Source of the DNA: a virus
Direction: 5' to 3' (one strand)
Length of the DNA: 64,000 nt
IMG/VR virus record: IMGVR_UViG_3300050343_000215
Location: 1 to 64,000 of that record
The notes beneath the pieces are model-generated. The model did not search any database, had not been told where the DNA came from, and worked only from the letters and a program-made list of their open reading frames with translations. Shown in pieces: positions 62,945 through 64,000 of the stretch (position 1 is its first letter; each line of letters begins with the position of its first letter). Made by a program: the position numbers and the translations under genes.

Positions 62945-64000
62945 TTATGCCTCTAATCTAATTGCGGTAAGGGTTACGTTAATGGTTGCTGCAGCACCAG
63001 AACGATTGGTAACTGCAAGATATACTGTATCTGTCGCGCTAGGCGAATCATTGTTATAACCAAAAGCAGCAGGTGCCATCCTAACTACTCCTGATCCTCT
63101 GGATTCAGCGATGACTCCTGACCCAGTGCCAGGATCATTTCCTTCACTTCGGGTAGCATCTGCTGTTCTAGCAGCAGCATCAGTATAGACTCGCACCCAT
63201 GCATCAGCATCAGTTTCAATTTTAAGCAAAGTATATGCTTTGTATGCTGTTATATTTAGGTCTCCTGTAATATTATCTGCCAGTGAGGATGTAGTTCCGG
63301 TGAAACTTTGACGTGCCTGAAGACCCACAGATCCACCAGCAGCAACAGTGACAACTCCACCAGCATCAATAGAAAGACCTGCGCCAATTTTAATACCACC
63401 CAAGGTGGCGGCGGCAGCGATTGGTAATACATATCCTCCAGCGGCAGCTGCGATATTACCATTAGAATCTACAGTAATAGTAGTACCGTCAGGGATAACC
63501 CCACCCAGTGCTGATGTTGTAGCAGCGGGTAATGAATATGCAGCTGGAACAGATGGTTTATTAAGAATCTGTGCTAACCCAGTAGTAGCATTCCAATCCG
63601 ATTGAACTGGTGCTGTACTAGAAATGGTTGCTGCTTTATTAACAGAGTCCCATGAGATATTAGTACCACCAGCACCAGAAAACTCAATCTGATCTGTTGT
63701 TCCTACAGAGGGATCAAGGTTCAGGAAGACATTATTTGATGTGGTGTTAGTACCGTAAAGATCATACAAGATTGCAGATCCACCACCGCCGCCACCAGAG
63801 GAGAGAACCGTGATGGTTCCAACCATATTAGAGTGAGCACTACACTGGTAGTAATATGTCCCAGCAACTGTAGGTGTCCAAGAAACTGTAGCAGTTCCTT
63901 CTCCAGAAGCAGCAGGATTGTTTACGCTAGAACCACCATTCGCAACCCTAATATACATTGGGTGCCCTACATATGTGGCAGTATTATCAAAGGTAATTGT
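62945..64000 (-). CDS. Fibre protein (5'-partial) with a cupredoxin-like domain
   Basis: Frame is open to the window edge; GHP...GTYYYQCSAHSNMVGTITV; two ATT/AATLGG repeats. Confidence 0.75.
   Translation of the reverse strand, partial: TITFDNTATYVGHPMYIRVANGGSSVNNPAASGEGTATVSWTPTVAGTYYYQCSAHSNMVGTITVLSSGGGGGGSAILYDLYGTNTTSNNVFLNLDPSVGTTDQIEFSGAGGTNISWDSVNKAATISSTAPVQSDWNATTGLAQILNKPSVPAAYSLPAATTSALGGVIPDGTTITVDSNGNIAAAAGGYVLPIAAAATLGGIKIGAGLSIDAGGVVTVAAGGSVGLQARQSFTGTTSSLADNITGDLNITAYKAYTLLKIETDADAWVRVYTDAAARTADATRSEGNDPGTGSGVIAESRGSGVVRMAPAAFGYNNDSPSATDTVYLAVTNRSGAAATINVTLTAIRLEA

Overview
A 64-kb segment of a large T4-like marine cyanomyovirus that infects picocyanobacteria. No host DNA or CRISPR array was seen. 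Almost all genes lie on the minus strand; only gp4, gp2, gp48 and gp53 are on the plus strand. In order, the window holds: (1) an accessory/early region of small ORFs with CP12, many 2OG-Fe(II) oxygenases, an orphan restriction-nuclease-like gene, tRNA-Ser, an outer-membrane beta-barrel and a CobS-like AAA+/vWA-peptidase pair; (2) a tail and baseplate module with a 1934-aa fibre, speD, gp5-like proteins, a hub protein, murein hydrolases, a tape-measure candidate, gp26/gp51, a tube initiator, gp4, gp2, gp48 and gp53; (3) core replication and nucleotide genes (gp32, gp59, gp33, exonuclease, phoH, a denV-like glycosylase, thyX); (4) a small-ORF region with glutaredoxins and an oxygenase-carbamoyltransferase pair; (5) photosynthesis genes (psbD, psbA, two hli); (6) the start of a fibre island. 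The strongest leads are a nitrogen-sensing cassette (NtcA box, two glutamine-II-type riboswitches, one with an ORF in its loop, and a DUF4278-like peptide), a candidate programmed -1 frameshift joining gp26 to gp51 just upstream of the tape-measure candidate, and a six-copy 22-bp palindrome sitting 30-31 nt upstream of -10 boxes. All calls come from reading motifs by eye; no database search was run.
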